From Eledone cirrhosa (taxonomy: Eukaryota): a DNA stretch of 64,000 nucleotides. A program made the position numbers and the translations under genes. Of the stretch, positions 51,491 through 64,000 are shown in pieces. The notes beneath the pieces were generated by a model. The model had not been told where the DNA came from. It saw only the letters and a list, made by a program, of their open reading frames with translations, and did no database searches. The stretch's first letter is position 1. Each line of letters starts with the position of its first letter. The stretch lies in NCBI GenBank assembly GCA_964016885.1, contig OZ024749.1, positions 33,170,001 through 33,234,000 on the forward strand, given 5' to 3'.

Positions 51491-54400
51491 AGAAAGCATT
51501 ATTATTATCATACAACACCCGTCCGTTATAGTTTTTAATGTAAAAGCCTTTTAAGATAAGTTTCAAATAACAGCTGAATTATGACAAATTACTTTAAATT
51601 ATTTTAATATTTAAATAAAATATGTTAACAGTGTATCTTATTAAAACATCAAAGCATGTTTATTCTAGGATGGCAATATTTTGATAAACATTGACAGGTT
51701 TGCATCTATATGGTTTCTCTCTCTCTGCCAGCAAGAAATAGCAGCCAATTAGAATTTATGTAAGAACTCAATGAGCAAGTAACATTACTAAATGCCTCCA
51801 AAAATCATTGTTTTATTAGAAACCAGGCAAGGCAAGAGTTATGTATTAGTAGCCTAGTAAAATAAAATGTTTAGAACTACAAAATTAACTTCTGCCTATG
51901 GGTAAATATTCATCTCTTATTAGATTGGCATCTTATCTAGAGCTGAAGTGGATATTAGTCACCCACAATGCCATGGAAACTGCCTCTGAACAAGGTTTAA
52001 TAAATGGAGATCATAGTTATTTACAAAAGAAAATAATTTGAGAAAATATATATCATCATCACCATTTTAGATCCATTCTTTCGCACGCATGATGTACCTA
52101 GGGTTTCGGGACTGGGAATACAGTAAATCGAAGTGTGGGAAAATAGAAAAAAATATCTCAATATAGCCAGGAAATGGTGGAGGCCCACCCTTCAAATTTA
52201 CTCTGTCCATCCTTGAGCAATAAGCAACAACTAGCATCGATCGTGTCTCCATGAACTATGCAAGGGGAGGGGGGGGCTTTGAAACTTTAGGTAGCAAGCG
52301 ATTGTTTTGAGCTTTGAAAGAGAGATATGGATGGAGGGGGGGGGGGGTTTAACTGGAAATGTTTCTCACTTCCATAACCCCCCCCCCCCATATCTTATTG
52401 TGATAGAAGTATTATATACCTTATGTGAAGGTAGACAATAGTTGAAACTTTGTTCTTCAAAGTTTGCAGCAGCAGCAGATTTCAAATAAACAATGCATTA
52501 CAATAAACAAAAAAAGAAGAAGAAAAAAAACACAAACCAAGAGGATAGAAGACGGCTTTAGTTAGATTGAAATCAGTAAATGTCAAGAGTAGACAATGAA
52601 ATTATCTTTTCAATTTGACACCCTTAAACTCACTCACACATGTTTTACTTACAAGTAGAGCTTTTTTTCCATTTATTTTTTTTTTTCATATTTTTTGTTT
52701 TTTTTTAACCTAAAAAAAAAAAATAAATAAAAGCTCAAACTCAAAAATAGACGAAGAAAAAAAAAAAAAAAAAAAAAAAAAAGGCAGTGTCATTTGGTGA
52801 TGTTAGAAAAAGTGATTGATGGCAGGAGACGAGAAATATTCCTTGATATGCTGATGATAGATTCTTCCAGAAACAGTAGTAGTGGTGGTGGTACCATATG
52901 TGCAAGAACTTGTAGAAGCAGAGGTTGAAGACGTAGAAATGTGTTATGTATATGAGTGGTGTGTGAAGGTTATAAGAAATTGGTGTAGAAGTAGAGAAAA
53001 GTAGAAATGTAGGTGTTATGTATGTATATGAGTGGAGTGTGAAGGTTATATAAGAAACAAAACATTTTCAGTTTAGTTCAATGATATGACATTTTTCTAT
53101 AGAAGATATTGTGATCACATGACACTTGTGAAGATCACATGGTTTTTTTTTTTGCTGTTTCAATTTTTTTTATACGTTGTTGGCACAATTAAATTGTAAA
53201 ATACTGATTATATTTTTTTTTTGCCGTTAAATTTTTCTTCAAACAATTTTTTTTTATTAAAAAAACCCAACAAAAACAACAAAAACAGCATAACTTTCTC
53301 TTTCCCAGAGTTTCTCTTTTAAAATGGAAGTCTTTTCCTGAAATTTTTTAAATTTAAAAATAAAAGTTATGATTTAGGTTCTTTTCAATTTGTTCTTATG
53401 AGCAAATGATTACATTGACAGTCTCAAATTTGTAGAAAGGGAGAGGGAAGTTTATCAATCACCCCCACCCACACATACTTGGCTGGTTACTTCGTTATCA
53501 ACTTCAGAAAGATGGATGAAAAGGGCAAAGTTAAACCCCTTCACAAAGATAGGTAAACTCATTAACATGTTAATTAAATGCCATAAAATTCTTTAATTAC
53601 ACCACAGTGCTACCATTGAGTAAATGGGTTTTCACTTGGCACACGATTAATTTTTTTTTTGTTTTGTTTTTAAAAGAACGAGGAATATATTAATAATAAT
53701 TGCACAGATTGCCTGACCATAGTTTATTACTGGTACAGGAAGTGATGGTGATGAGGCATTGAACCTCTGAGATTCGAACTTCTAAGTAGGCAGACAGAAG
53801 GGACTGAAGAGGGCAGGACAAAAGAATGTGGGGTGGGTAGGAGTACATTTGAGCAAATAATGAACAATTGAGCAAATTATTTAGAAAATTATGTCCATAA
53901 GTCACCTGCTTTAGAAAATACATCATGATAATTGGGGTTGGTTAGTGGATATAATATATATATAAATATATATATATATAAAAATAGGTGACAGAGAGGA
54001 GAGGCAAAGGTATGTTATGAAAATAAGATATCTGATAATCTGTTAGAATGACCCCCCTACCAATACTGGGAAGTGGGATCAATCAGGAAGGAGACAAAAC
54101 AAGAAAATGTTGGTGTGTGTGTTAAAAGAGGGTTATAACAAAAATATAAACGAAAAAAAAATAAATAAATAAAATAAAATAAAGCTTCAAATCCTTCGTT
54201 CCATGTGTCATGATTGGCAGACAAGAAAAGTTCTTAACAGAGGTCAAGAGATTCATGTTCAACTAGTTGTAAAGGTAGGGAGGAAGTAGTAGTAATTGGG
54301 AAGAAGAGGATTTCCAGACAATGTTGCTTGCAAGGGAGCAGATACAAGGTTTGCAGCAATCATTTTCAAGGATTGTTTCAGGCTGAGGCAGTAGCAATAG

Positions 54401-57400
54401 TAGTAGTGGTAGTAGTGGTAGTAATAATAATACAAAGGTAAGTTAATATGAACTAAAAATTAAAGAAAAGACATATAATGTATAAATATATATAAAAAGT
54501 AAGTAATAGAATACTACAGATTACTAGTTACTAGGTAAAATATAAAATACATGCTGTTTTGTAAAGCAAACCGTCGACTGAAGTTTTATATAAACTCGTC
54601 AGCAGTTGATTTTCACTGATCTATAGGAAACTCCTTTATCCTGAAAAATACTTTCCAGTAAAGTGATGCACATATGCATCCATCATATATCTATACACAT
54701 TATATATATATATATATCACAGATCAATTTTCCCCCCTGTGCAAAACAATTGGAATCAGATTTAGAACAATAGTAATACATAAATACAGCTAATATAGAG
54801 ATTAACATTAAATGTGTGTGGATATGTATATAATTTATCATTGCAAGAACATTACTAATGGAAGTGGTAGTTGAAAGAACTAAAACTAAATTCTATATAT
54901 TACATTTTATATGTTATTATAGATTATTATTAGGGAAGAAAATGAATGATGAATGTTAAAAGAGTTAAACAGACCTTGTTAATTGTTTTTACCTTTTTAA
55001 TTTTAATAACTGTTAATGTGCATAGCATAAACTAGAAAAGTAATAGAAATACAAGTTAAGAGTTAGTCAATAAAAATATTTTGCTTCTCCTCAATTATAT
55101 CTTAACTCTTGATACCAAACCACTTGAATTTGACCCCATTTCTATGCTAGAAAGATTTTAATTTCCAAGTGTTTCCATAATTTTATGTAAGAGTTAAGTT
55201 ATGCTCCAAACACCACCTTAGTAATGAAAATTTAGTTATATATTATAAAAATGTTAAATGATTAAAAGTCTAAGCAATGCATACAAAGAATTAAAACACT
55301 ACATTTTAATTCTGTACATGCAATGTCTGGACTGTTAAACATTTTTATAATATTGTCACAATGCCTTGAAAAACTGTTTCGAAACTCAATCCCTATTAGT
55401 TATATTACTAAATTCCCCCAAATTCATTATTTTGAAAATTATTTGAAAATTATGGACAATGTCTTTCATTAAACATTAATTTGTCCAGTTCCTAACTTTT
55501 CTGCAACAACATTGCTGGTGAAGATTAGAAATAAGTTTAAGGTTTTCAAAGCATATCCCTAACAAATTCCAATCGTGTGTGTGTGTATGTATGTGTGTGT
55601 GTATGTATATATATATATATATTACTTACACAGACTATTTACTATTGAATACTAGTTCCAAGCTGATGCTGTGTGTGTCCAGTTAAAAATAAGTACGCAT
55701 TACCCCTATGTATCATAAGAGATGACTAAATATGTTGGTACTGGGGACGGCATTTGGCAGGAAAATATTACCTCAAAAATTACTTCATAGTATGGCTAGC
55801 ACAAAGCTAACCCCTGTTTTAGCAGAGAAAATGGCCTTAATATGCTTGAGTGAGCATTCATGTATTGTAAGAGGCAACTAAGAGAGTTTGGCGCCAGAAA
55901 AGGCATTTGACATTATTAGCCATATTCAGCATAATACAAAAGAAGATTCTTTAACCCTTTAGCATTTAATGTAGCCGTATTCTGCCAGAATTCTCTCCAC
56001 CCATTCTGTTCAAACCAGCTGTATAAATAATATCAAAATCTCGGATTCAATATTGTGTGGAATAATTGTGAGAATTTACCATGAAAATATAGTATATATA
56101 TCGGGTAATGTAAATGCTAAAGGATTAAAAATATCAAGTCTAACAAGTTAAACCATGAAGAAATATTCAGGGATGGACAGCTAAAGTTCAAGACATTGGT
56201 TAAATTACAGCTACATTATTCTTGTAGGGGCTTTATACCACAAGACATTCCTTAACCCTTTAGAAATCTGTATCCAGCCAAAATTCTCACCTCTTTTTAT
56301 TCAAACCGGTTGCTCATACTAAAATAAATATCAAAATCTCGTAGATTAGATGTGTGTTAACCGTGAAAATACAAAAGTATAGAGTAATGTAAATGCTAAA
56401 TAATTTTGGCCGAAATACATTGTCAAATGTAAAGGTGGACATAGGGTAAGATAGTCTTCTCTCTTACCATAACCCTAACAAGTAGTCTGATGTGCTGATA
56501 ATTGCAGATTTACCTTTTAATGTTATTCATATGGTGAAACATTTAAATAGCTGTTTATTTACAATCTAATGTATTTCCCTTTATCCTAGCAATAACCACA
56601 TGTACAACATTCAATATAACTTAGCACAGCTACTTTGAAAACAGCTTCGTTTAAACTAATGGAACCCGAGCTTGTCCACTACGTAAATTATTATTATATT
56701 ATTAGGTGAGAGGGGAAATGGAGTAGAAAGATAACCATAAAAGCGTGTATGGAAGCCAGAAAGAAAAAAAGATTAAAGTAGGTAAAAAAATATATAAAAT
56801 ATATGAAAAAAAAATGAAATAAAGCATTAGTAAGAGTTAGTAAAGAAAAGTGTAGAAGAAATTCAAGTTGGCTAGCAACACCAGTTTATTTTTCACTAAA
56901 AAGAAGATACAAAATATGGAAAGTGTCAGCCCATAGCCGGACATTATTCAAGTTGCCCTTTTTGTTTATATTTCTTTGTTTGATTTGATTTTGGTTTAAG
57001 TCTGCCTTTTTTTTTTTTTTTTTTTGTATTTTCTTTTTTTTTTTTGAAAATTTACTACCAATATTATCATTATTATTATTATTAATATCATATATTCTTG
57101 TTGTTCACCAAATGTAACTTGACCAGGGCTTTTTAAACATCAGAATTAGTAAAAAGTGAGAGATGAGATTCAAGACAAATCTATTAGAAATTTCTTTTTT
57201 TCTTTATAAAAAAAAAAAAAAAAGGGAAAGTAAAAAAAAAAAGTTAGTTGGCTGCAATGATTGATATTAATATTAATATTATTATTATGCTCCATCTTAA
57301 GAGATATGAAAATAACAGCACAAGTATAGTTTTCTTTTCAGCAAGGTAACAAAAATATGCTTATTATTATTATTATTATTATTAAAATATGCAAAGCTTC

Positions 57401-58761
57401 TAGTCAGCTTCTTTTGGGTGGGGGCGGATTGTTTTGTTTTTTGTTTAGTACATGCAGTTATTTATAAGGCACGGGTAAAAAAAAGAAGAGAGCATATCTT
57501 TGCCATTGACACCTGGGAGATTGTCATGTTACTGAGATATCACCCCAGGATTAGATATATAATGTATATAAAAAAAGTCAGGTGACATACAGGACTTTCT
57601 TCCTCTAAGAACTGTGTGTCTCTCTCTGCAGTTCATTTTTTTTTTTGTATTTTTTCCCTCTTTTGAAAATTTTTTTTTTTTTTTATTTAAATCAATATCA
57701 TTTTTTTTTTGTTCTTTAAATATATATTTTTATAAATAGACTTTTCAAAACTGATACTTTTTTTTTTTTTTACCTTTTTCCTTTTTGTTTTGCTTTGTTT
57801 TGTTTTCTGGTGATTACAAATAACATGAAAATTATGCAGAAGAAACAATTAAGGTAATTAAAAAAAAAAAAAAAAAAAAAAGATGTAAGTTCAGAGAGCC
57901 AAAATATCCAATCATCCCATAAGATCCTCAGGCCCAACCAACCCATTCAGAAAGGAATTTAAGAAAAAATAAAATAAAATAAAAATAACTTGGTTATAAT
58001 ACCATGAGAAAATAAACATTTCTGATTAAGACAATCACACAAGAAGACTATATGAAAGTTTGACAAAATAAAATGAAAAAAATAAAGAAACTAAGGAAAA
58101 ATATATTTTTTCGGTGGGAGCAATGATTTTTTTTTCCAGCTGTCTTTTTCAATATTAATTTCTTAGAATAAAAGAAAAAAAATAATTCTATTAAATTTCA
58201 TTCATCCAGGCTAATAAAAAAAATGTAGCAATTAAAATTAAAAATAGGAGCCGATCATCAGATTGGATCAAGGAAAACTGTTTCTATGCTGATACTACAG
58301 GCAAAAGGAGGTGGAATTTGAACACAGAACATCAGAGCTGGCCAGAATAAATACCAAGATATAATTCACACTCTAATGACTGACAATTCACCATCTAATA
58401 ATTATGAAATTAATATAAAAGCAACTAAAATAGGAATTGAAAATAATCTCTCTGAAGACAATGCCATGCTAGTTGAACCGGACTCTGAGGATGGGAGAAC
58501 ACTACACCTTTGAGAAGACAGGACTACAATAATAATGATATTAATAATAATAGTATAAAAGTTACTAGAATTAAACTGAAAAAAAAAAAATTGGGAGGGG
58601 ACAAATGTATTTTTCAGCACCATTTCCCTCCAATCCAACCCTATTTCTATTACCAAAAACTAAGAAAGCATTTGAACTAAAATGTCAGCAAATTTAGTTT
58701 TCTATAAGTTAAAAGAAAAAACCCCAAAAACTTAGCACCCTTTTTAACACTATGGTTCAGA

Positions 58762-58794
<33 letters not shown>

Positions 58795-61119
58795 CATACA
58801 TACAGTTTCTGAGAACAAGGCTTACAGATACAAATGTGTGTTTGTGTGTATATATACACATAATTCAGGTTTTTTGTAAAGTATTGCCTCTACAGTTTGT
58901 TTTCTTTCTTCCTCTCTTTGTTGATATGTTTAAGACAGTTTCAGAGAAACAAAGATAACAAATGTAGAATAAAGAAAGTTAGCAGCACGTTGTTGACAAT
59001 AGCCTCTCCACCAGACAGGATGATGGCAAGGGGAGGTAAAATAAGGTTAAGAAATAAGAAAAGTTATATCAACTAGCCTCAACAGTGAAGGTTTTTTTTT
59101 TAGCAGTTGTAAATTTGTAAGAAAGATAAACGGTAAAGTAGTAAAAATACCACACCACTACGAGAGAGAAAACAGAACTCCTTGCCAAAGTTTAGAGGGA
59201 AAAACTTTCAGAATACTCAGGCATCGGAATACAATACAAAAGAAGAAATATTATTCCACAAAAAAAAAAAAAAAAAAAAAAAAAAAATCGCTAAATTTAA
59301 ACATTAAAACAAAATATATTTTACAAATTATAAACAAATATAAAGATTGCTGAAATATGCGAGACAGGAGGGATGTTATAAGCAGAAGTTTCTAAAACTA
59401 GTTAACCCTGTTGATACAAAACTGCCTGAATCCACATTTGGTTTTATAATACAGGGTGGTTTTATTTATTTTGAAATGTATATATTTATCTAAAAACCTT
59501 CCATCATAATTTTATGTAAGAATCTTTGTTATGTTCCAAGCACCAGATAAATAATGAGGAAGTTATATCACTAAATTCTTGATTATTTTCAAAATGGTTT
59601 GAAAATCACAGACTGTCTTTCACTAGAAATATGTTAAGGAGAAGATTAATTTAAGAGATAAGATAGAGTAGCTCAGAATTGTGTGGATGTACAAACTGAC
59701 ATTCTTCACACAACAAATGTCTGTCATCCCTTTATGATAAGTGAACACCTTATAATAATGAATTTACATGTAGCAACATTACATGACTAACACAGCAATT
59801 GAAGATACAAAGGTGGATGGAAGAAAGCAAAGGAGTAGTAGTAGCAGTAGAAAGGAAAAGGAGGCATTCTATGATGCTCGAAATATCTTAAAAGTTTTAA
59901 TGCCAATTTATGTTAGGTACAAATAAAGTTGTGGAAGAATGAAGAATGAATCCCTAAAAAGAAAAAAAAGAGTGGAAGGAAAAAACGTTTACACTACACA
60001 AATACCTCACGACTTCTCACGGAGCCAAAGAAAACAAGGAAGACAATTCTAAAATACTAAGAGCAAATGAACAAAACACGGATCCACCATAAACACTATC
60101 GAAACTCCTCGAGAGATAGAGACTTATGGATATACACATACATACACACACACGAGAGAGAAACTTATGGAGAGAAAAGAGATACTAAGCCCACAGAGAA
60201 TGAATGACAAGTAAATATGCATCATGTTTTTCCTTCCTCAATACTCACACACTAACTTCCATTCCACTATGAAGTATTAATTGAAGTTAATAATAATAAT
60301 AAAACAAAGAATAAGACAAATTTATCAGTTAATAATTAAAAAAAAAAAAAAAAAAAAAAACAGAATAAGACAATTTTTTTTTCCAGTTAATATAAACAAA
60401 CATTTTGCGTCCCATCTCCCCGCACTTTCTTTTTTAGTATATGTAAAAAAAAAATAAAAATTAGTTCAAAATTCAAAAGCGGCACTTTACTACCGCAAAA
60501 GACTCCTGCTGCATATTGTAAAATTTTCAGTCCCAACAGAAAAGAGGCAAAAAAAAATAAAAAAAATAACACACACACAAACATATTGGCATACATACAC
60601 ATGTGTAAACAGACAGATACACATACATATATAGATATATGTACACACACACATACATACATATATACATATATATGTACACACACACACACAAACTAAA
60701 AATTAAAAACTCACTTTAAGATGAAAATCCTTGAAATGGAGCAAAAGAAAAAAAAATTTTTTTTTTTTTTTTTAAAAGGAATATTGAGAAACTTCCTTTT
60801 CAAAAATATAAAGAAATTGAAATCCAATGTTTTCGTCTGCATTGGCTGACTTCTCTGGTGTTTCAATTAACACACACATATATATATATACACATATATG
60901 TGTATGCATGTGTGTGTATACATCTATAGTTCCTTTTCTGTTGCTTTTTCTCTTATATCTCTTCTGTCTCCATTGACAACTGCTGTGCTTGGTGTAGATA
61001 ATGATGATAGTGATGAAGATGGTTGTTGTAGTGCCATTGTTGGCCACAAGACAGCTGGCAGTTAATACTGACAAGTAAGGATAGAGTAGAAAATATGGAC
61101 AGCTGTAGCAGATAAATTG

Positions 61120-61161
61120 ATGCCAGTAGTCATAGTAGTAGCAGCAGCAGTAGTAGTAGTG

Positions 61162-61196
<35 letters not shown>

Positions 61197-61262
61197 GGTA
61201 ATAGTAGTAGAAGTAGTAGTCATGGTGCACTGCGAGGTGGAGTAGTAGTAGTAGTAGTAGTT
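61120..61262. repeat. (AGT/GGT)n trinucleotide repeat
   Basis: Directly visible. Confidence 0.9.
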
Positions 61263-61389
61263 ATAGAATTTTATTTTTTTTTGTAATGTATATATATATT
61301 TTTTGTAAAGTTTTGCTTAATTTTGCTTGTTGGCCGCAACTCGCCCGACCTGCGCCTTCTGTAACATCCCACCCGGCAAATGTTGAAGT

Positions 61390-61449
61390 CTACAACACGA
61401 ACAAGGGATTCAGGGCTTTTGTGACCAGGATGATAGGGTTAGTTGCCAG
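61390..61449 (-). CDS. Putative terminal coding exon of an unidentified minus-strand gene (reading frame uncertain)
   Basis: Minus strand: branch-like AACTAAC, long poly-T tract, AACCTAG|CTGGCAACT. Phase 0 gives LATNPIILVTKALNPLFVL*; other frames give WQLTLSSWSQKP* or GN*. It is followed by kb-long U-rich UTR-like sequence. Confidence 0.45.
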   Translation of the reverse strand: MATNPIILVTKALNPLFVL

Positions 61450-64000
61450 CTAGGTTAAAAAAAGGTGGAGAAAAAAAAAAAAAAAAGAAAATAAAAGACA
61501 AATGTTAGTTATTTTGAAACAAAAAAACCGCATTACGAATTATTATTAAGAGAAACATTTCAGAGTTGCATGTTTTTTTAATATCATGTTTGTTTTTAGA
61601 TATTACTGAACCTTTTGAGAATCAAAAAGTGTGCTAATTATTATTATTATTATTATTATTATTCATGCCTGGATTAAGAAGCACATGCTAAAAATTAAAG
61701 ATTAAAAATTATGTATATTAAAAAAAAAAAAAAAAAAAAAAAGAGGCTGTAGGGTAGTTTTTGCCTAAGGCTCTTAGTAGTAGTAGTAGTAGTGGTGATG
61801 GTATTATGACTGGAGCTGTAGTTATCTCATAGCATTAAGCTGTTTTGAGATAAATCCACCTAGGGATAAAAATAACCAAAGTGCATCGACTCATTTTGAT
61901 ATCTTAGGATAGGGAATTGCAACATGAAATATCAAGCCAGTGCAATGTTTTTCTACACCATACCACCATAGGTTCCTGTAAATGTTGGGGGTGCAATCTC
62001 GATGTATTTTTAATATCGGTGTCACCGCTGTATTTCCATTTATTTGCTTAGCAAAAAGATTTTGCTAAGCATGGCGCAGACAAACTGGTCAAGAGAACAT
62101 GGCATTGGACCCTGGGTCTTGACTAAAGGTGACTCAATCACTCATATTCTACATGTACAATCAATGCTCTTTGTGTGAGGCATTGCATGTTACGAATATT
62201 CATTTTCCAGTATCTGGTTTGTAAATATATGACAAAGTGAATGTTTATTTCTTTAAACACTAAGAACACTATATTAGAGTAATTACTTGGTAATCTAGCA
62301 GTGCTCGTCTGTAAACATGGAGAAAGCAACTGAGGGAGGAGAATTTATCTTGCTTTGAATTACTAGATATAAATGAAAATTCGAATGGCTCATTAATATT
62401 ATTTGAGTCCATTTTGGTTTAAATAGATATACCATATTTCTGCATATATGAGGTGACTAAAAGGGTTGGTGTTAGGAAAGGTATCTAGCTATAAAACATT
62501 GCCTTATAAAGGATCCTATGATGACTATGAAGCCTGTTATGCAGTTAGCTAGGTTAACACTTTAGTTACCAGCCTGACTAAAACCACCTCTGGTTCTATG
62601 AATTCAAGGTTTCCAATTTAAATTAAAAATCTTCCAAAATAATTTTATATAAGAACATTAAGTTACTATTTTAGTAAATCATTCAAAATTCTTCATTAAT
62701 TAATTGAAAGTGTACTTCGTTAGAAATGCAGTCATGAAAGAGTTAAACCCTGCTTTATCAGGGAGAATGACCTTAAAAAAACTGCAGTTGATATTCAAGT
62801 GGAGATACAATGTCAAAAAAAGAAATGTTCATTGCCATTCAAATAACTTTCTTGAATGTACAAGAACAATGTACATACTATTTGAGCCCAATTCTTGACA
62901 AAGTCACAAATATAATTACAACTTTGATGAGTTGAAGTGCACCCGAGCACTGTACACAATTTTCATTATCATTATATCTTACATTGACTTAAAATAGTTA
63001 ATTTCTATTTTACTGCTAATATGATAAATCTATATGCAGTTCATGATATTCTGTCAGCAATTGTGACCAGCAGTTAGTATCAACAATGGAAGCATTCTTT
63101 CCTTGGTCCAATCTGACAATCGGCTTCTATTCCCATGTTTACATTAACATACAAACTAACACCTTAGGAAACAAGTCTACTTTATTATACCCAATTCTAT
63201 CATTTGTGGATTAAGAATGGTGCCTTCATAACAAGAGATCTGCTCCAACTTATTCAAAAACTAAATCAGAAATATTGTAGTATTTATATTGTATCATAGC
63301 ATTTCAGTTGATCATTGTCAACTCAACTATTCCATCCAGTATATGATCAAGATGTGAACTGAATATTTACAGTATCTAAACCAGCTTGGTTTCTGCTATT
63401 TCTATCTAATTTCATCACTAACCAACTACATTTTGTCTAACAAATAACATTAGCTGTTGACCTACACAATGAAGTTTCATTTCACATGTTTGTGAATGCT
63501 CTTGGCCTAGTGGTTAAGATGTTGGGTTCACCTATAGGTTTAATTCTCAGACCGTCCATTTCATGATGCTCTGGTTCACTCAGTAATAGCAGTGAAGCTT
63601 CAGGCTTCAACAAACTGATGCAATGATGGCAAGAAAAACGACCATCAAATTATAATTTTTGTTTTAAGTATGTATGTGTGTGTGAGGGCGGGGGGGGGGG
63701 ATTACAACACGAATTACTAGGTTCCTTCAGCCACTTTTTTTTTTTTTAGAATCTTTAGGTTATCCTCAACTTTATATCCCCCAAAAAGCACAACTTTTTT
63801 TATCTCAAAGTGTTAGTATTACCTATATTAGTAAGAAGAAACAACTACAAGATTAACTTCAGCAATAAATCAATGAATGAATAATAATTAAAAAAAAAAA
63901 AAAATAAATAAAAAACTAGAGTTCTTTTGTTAAAGACTGAAGTAGGTTAAACCAATAGACATTTTGTTTCTTGTTATAAATGATTAAGAAATAAGCTGGA

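Noticed and set aside
54570-54608. Minus-strand CTGACGA...AAAAC...GTC hammerhead-like motif
   Set aside because: No GAAA, and stems I and II cannot both be formed.
60772-61230. 152-aa Tyr/His-rich ORF
   Set aside because: Produced by (AGT/GGT)n and (TA/CA)n repeats.

Overview
AT-rich, microsatellite-saturated animal genomic DNA. The repeat content ((TA)n/(CA)n/(TATG)n tracts, Meta/MESC-domain and CORE-type tRNA-derived SINEs, RTE, CR1, Penelope and R4 relics) points to a cephalopod, probably an octopus; this is inference. There is a 200-N scaffold gap at 5053-5252. The main feature is the 3' part of a + strand spliced gene (8 exons, 6601-38905, all intron phases consistent, about 1205 aa in the window). 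It encodes a very long Ser/Thr-rich low-complexity region followed by a single C-terminal bromodomain, with a 1-bp frameshift at about 7101 that is probably an assembly error. A convergent - strand gene probably ends at the right, with a strong acceptor at 61449 and a multi-kb AT-rich 3' UTR-like region. The most unusual non-coding signals are: (i) fold-back (palindromic) elements carrying Penelope-type minimal hammerhead ribozymes on both strands, best seen at 26986-27313 and 963-1151, plus solo hammerhead motifs at 5378 and 6198; (ii) a 56-bp satellite made from the endonuclease-coding segment of an R4/Dong-like retrotransposon whose other copies sit head-to-tail inside (TATG)n; (iii) an inverted CR1 LINE pair bracketing the four exons that make the bromodomain; (iv) a 43-bp intronic minisatellite with a 426-bp higher-order repeat. 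No database searches or folding programs were run; all calls are from manual reading.
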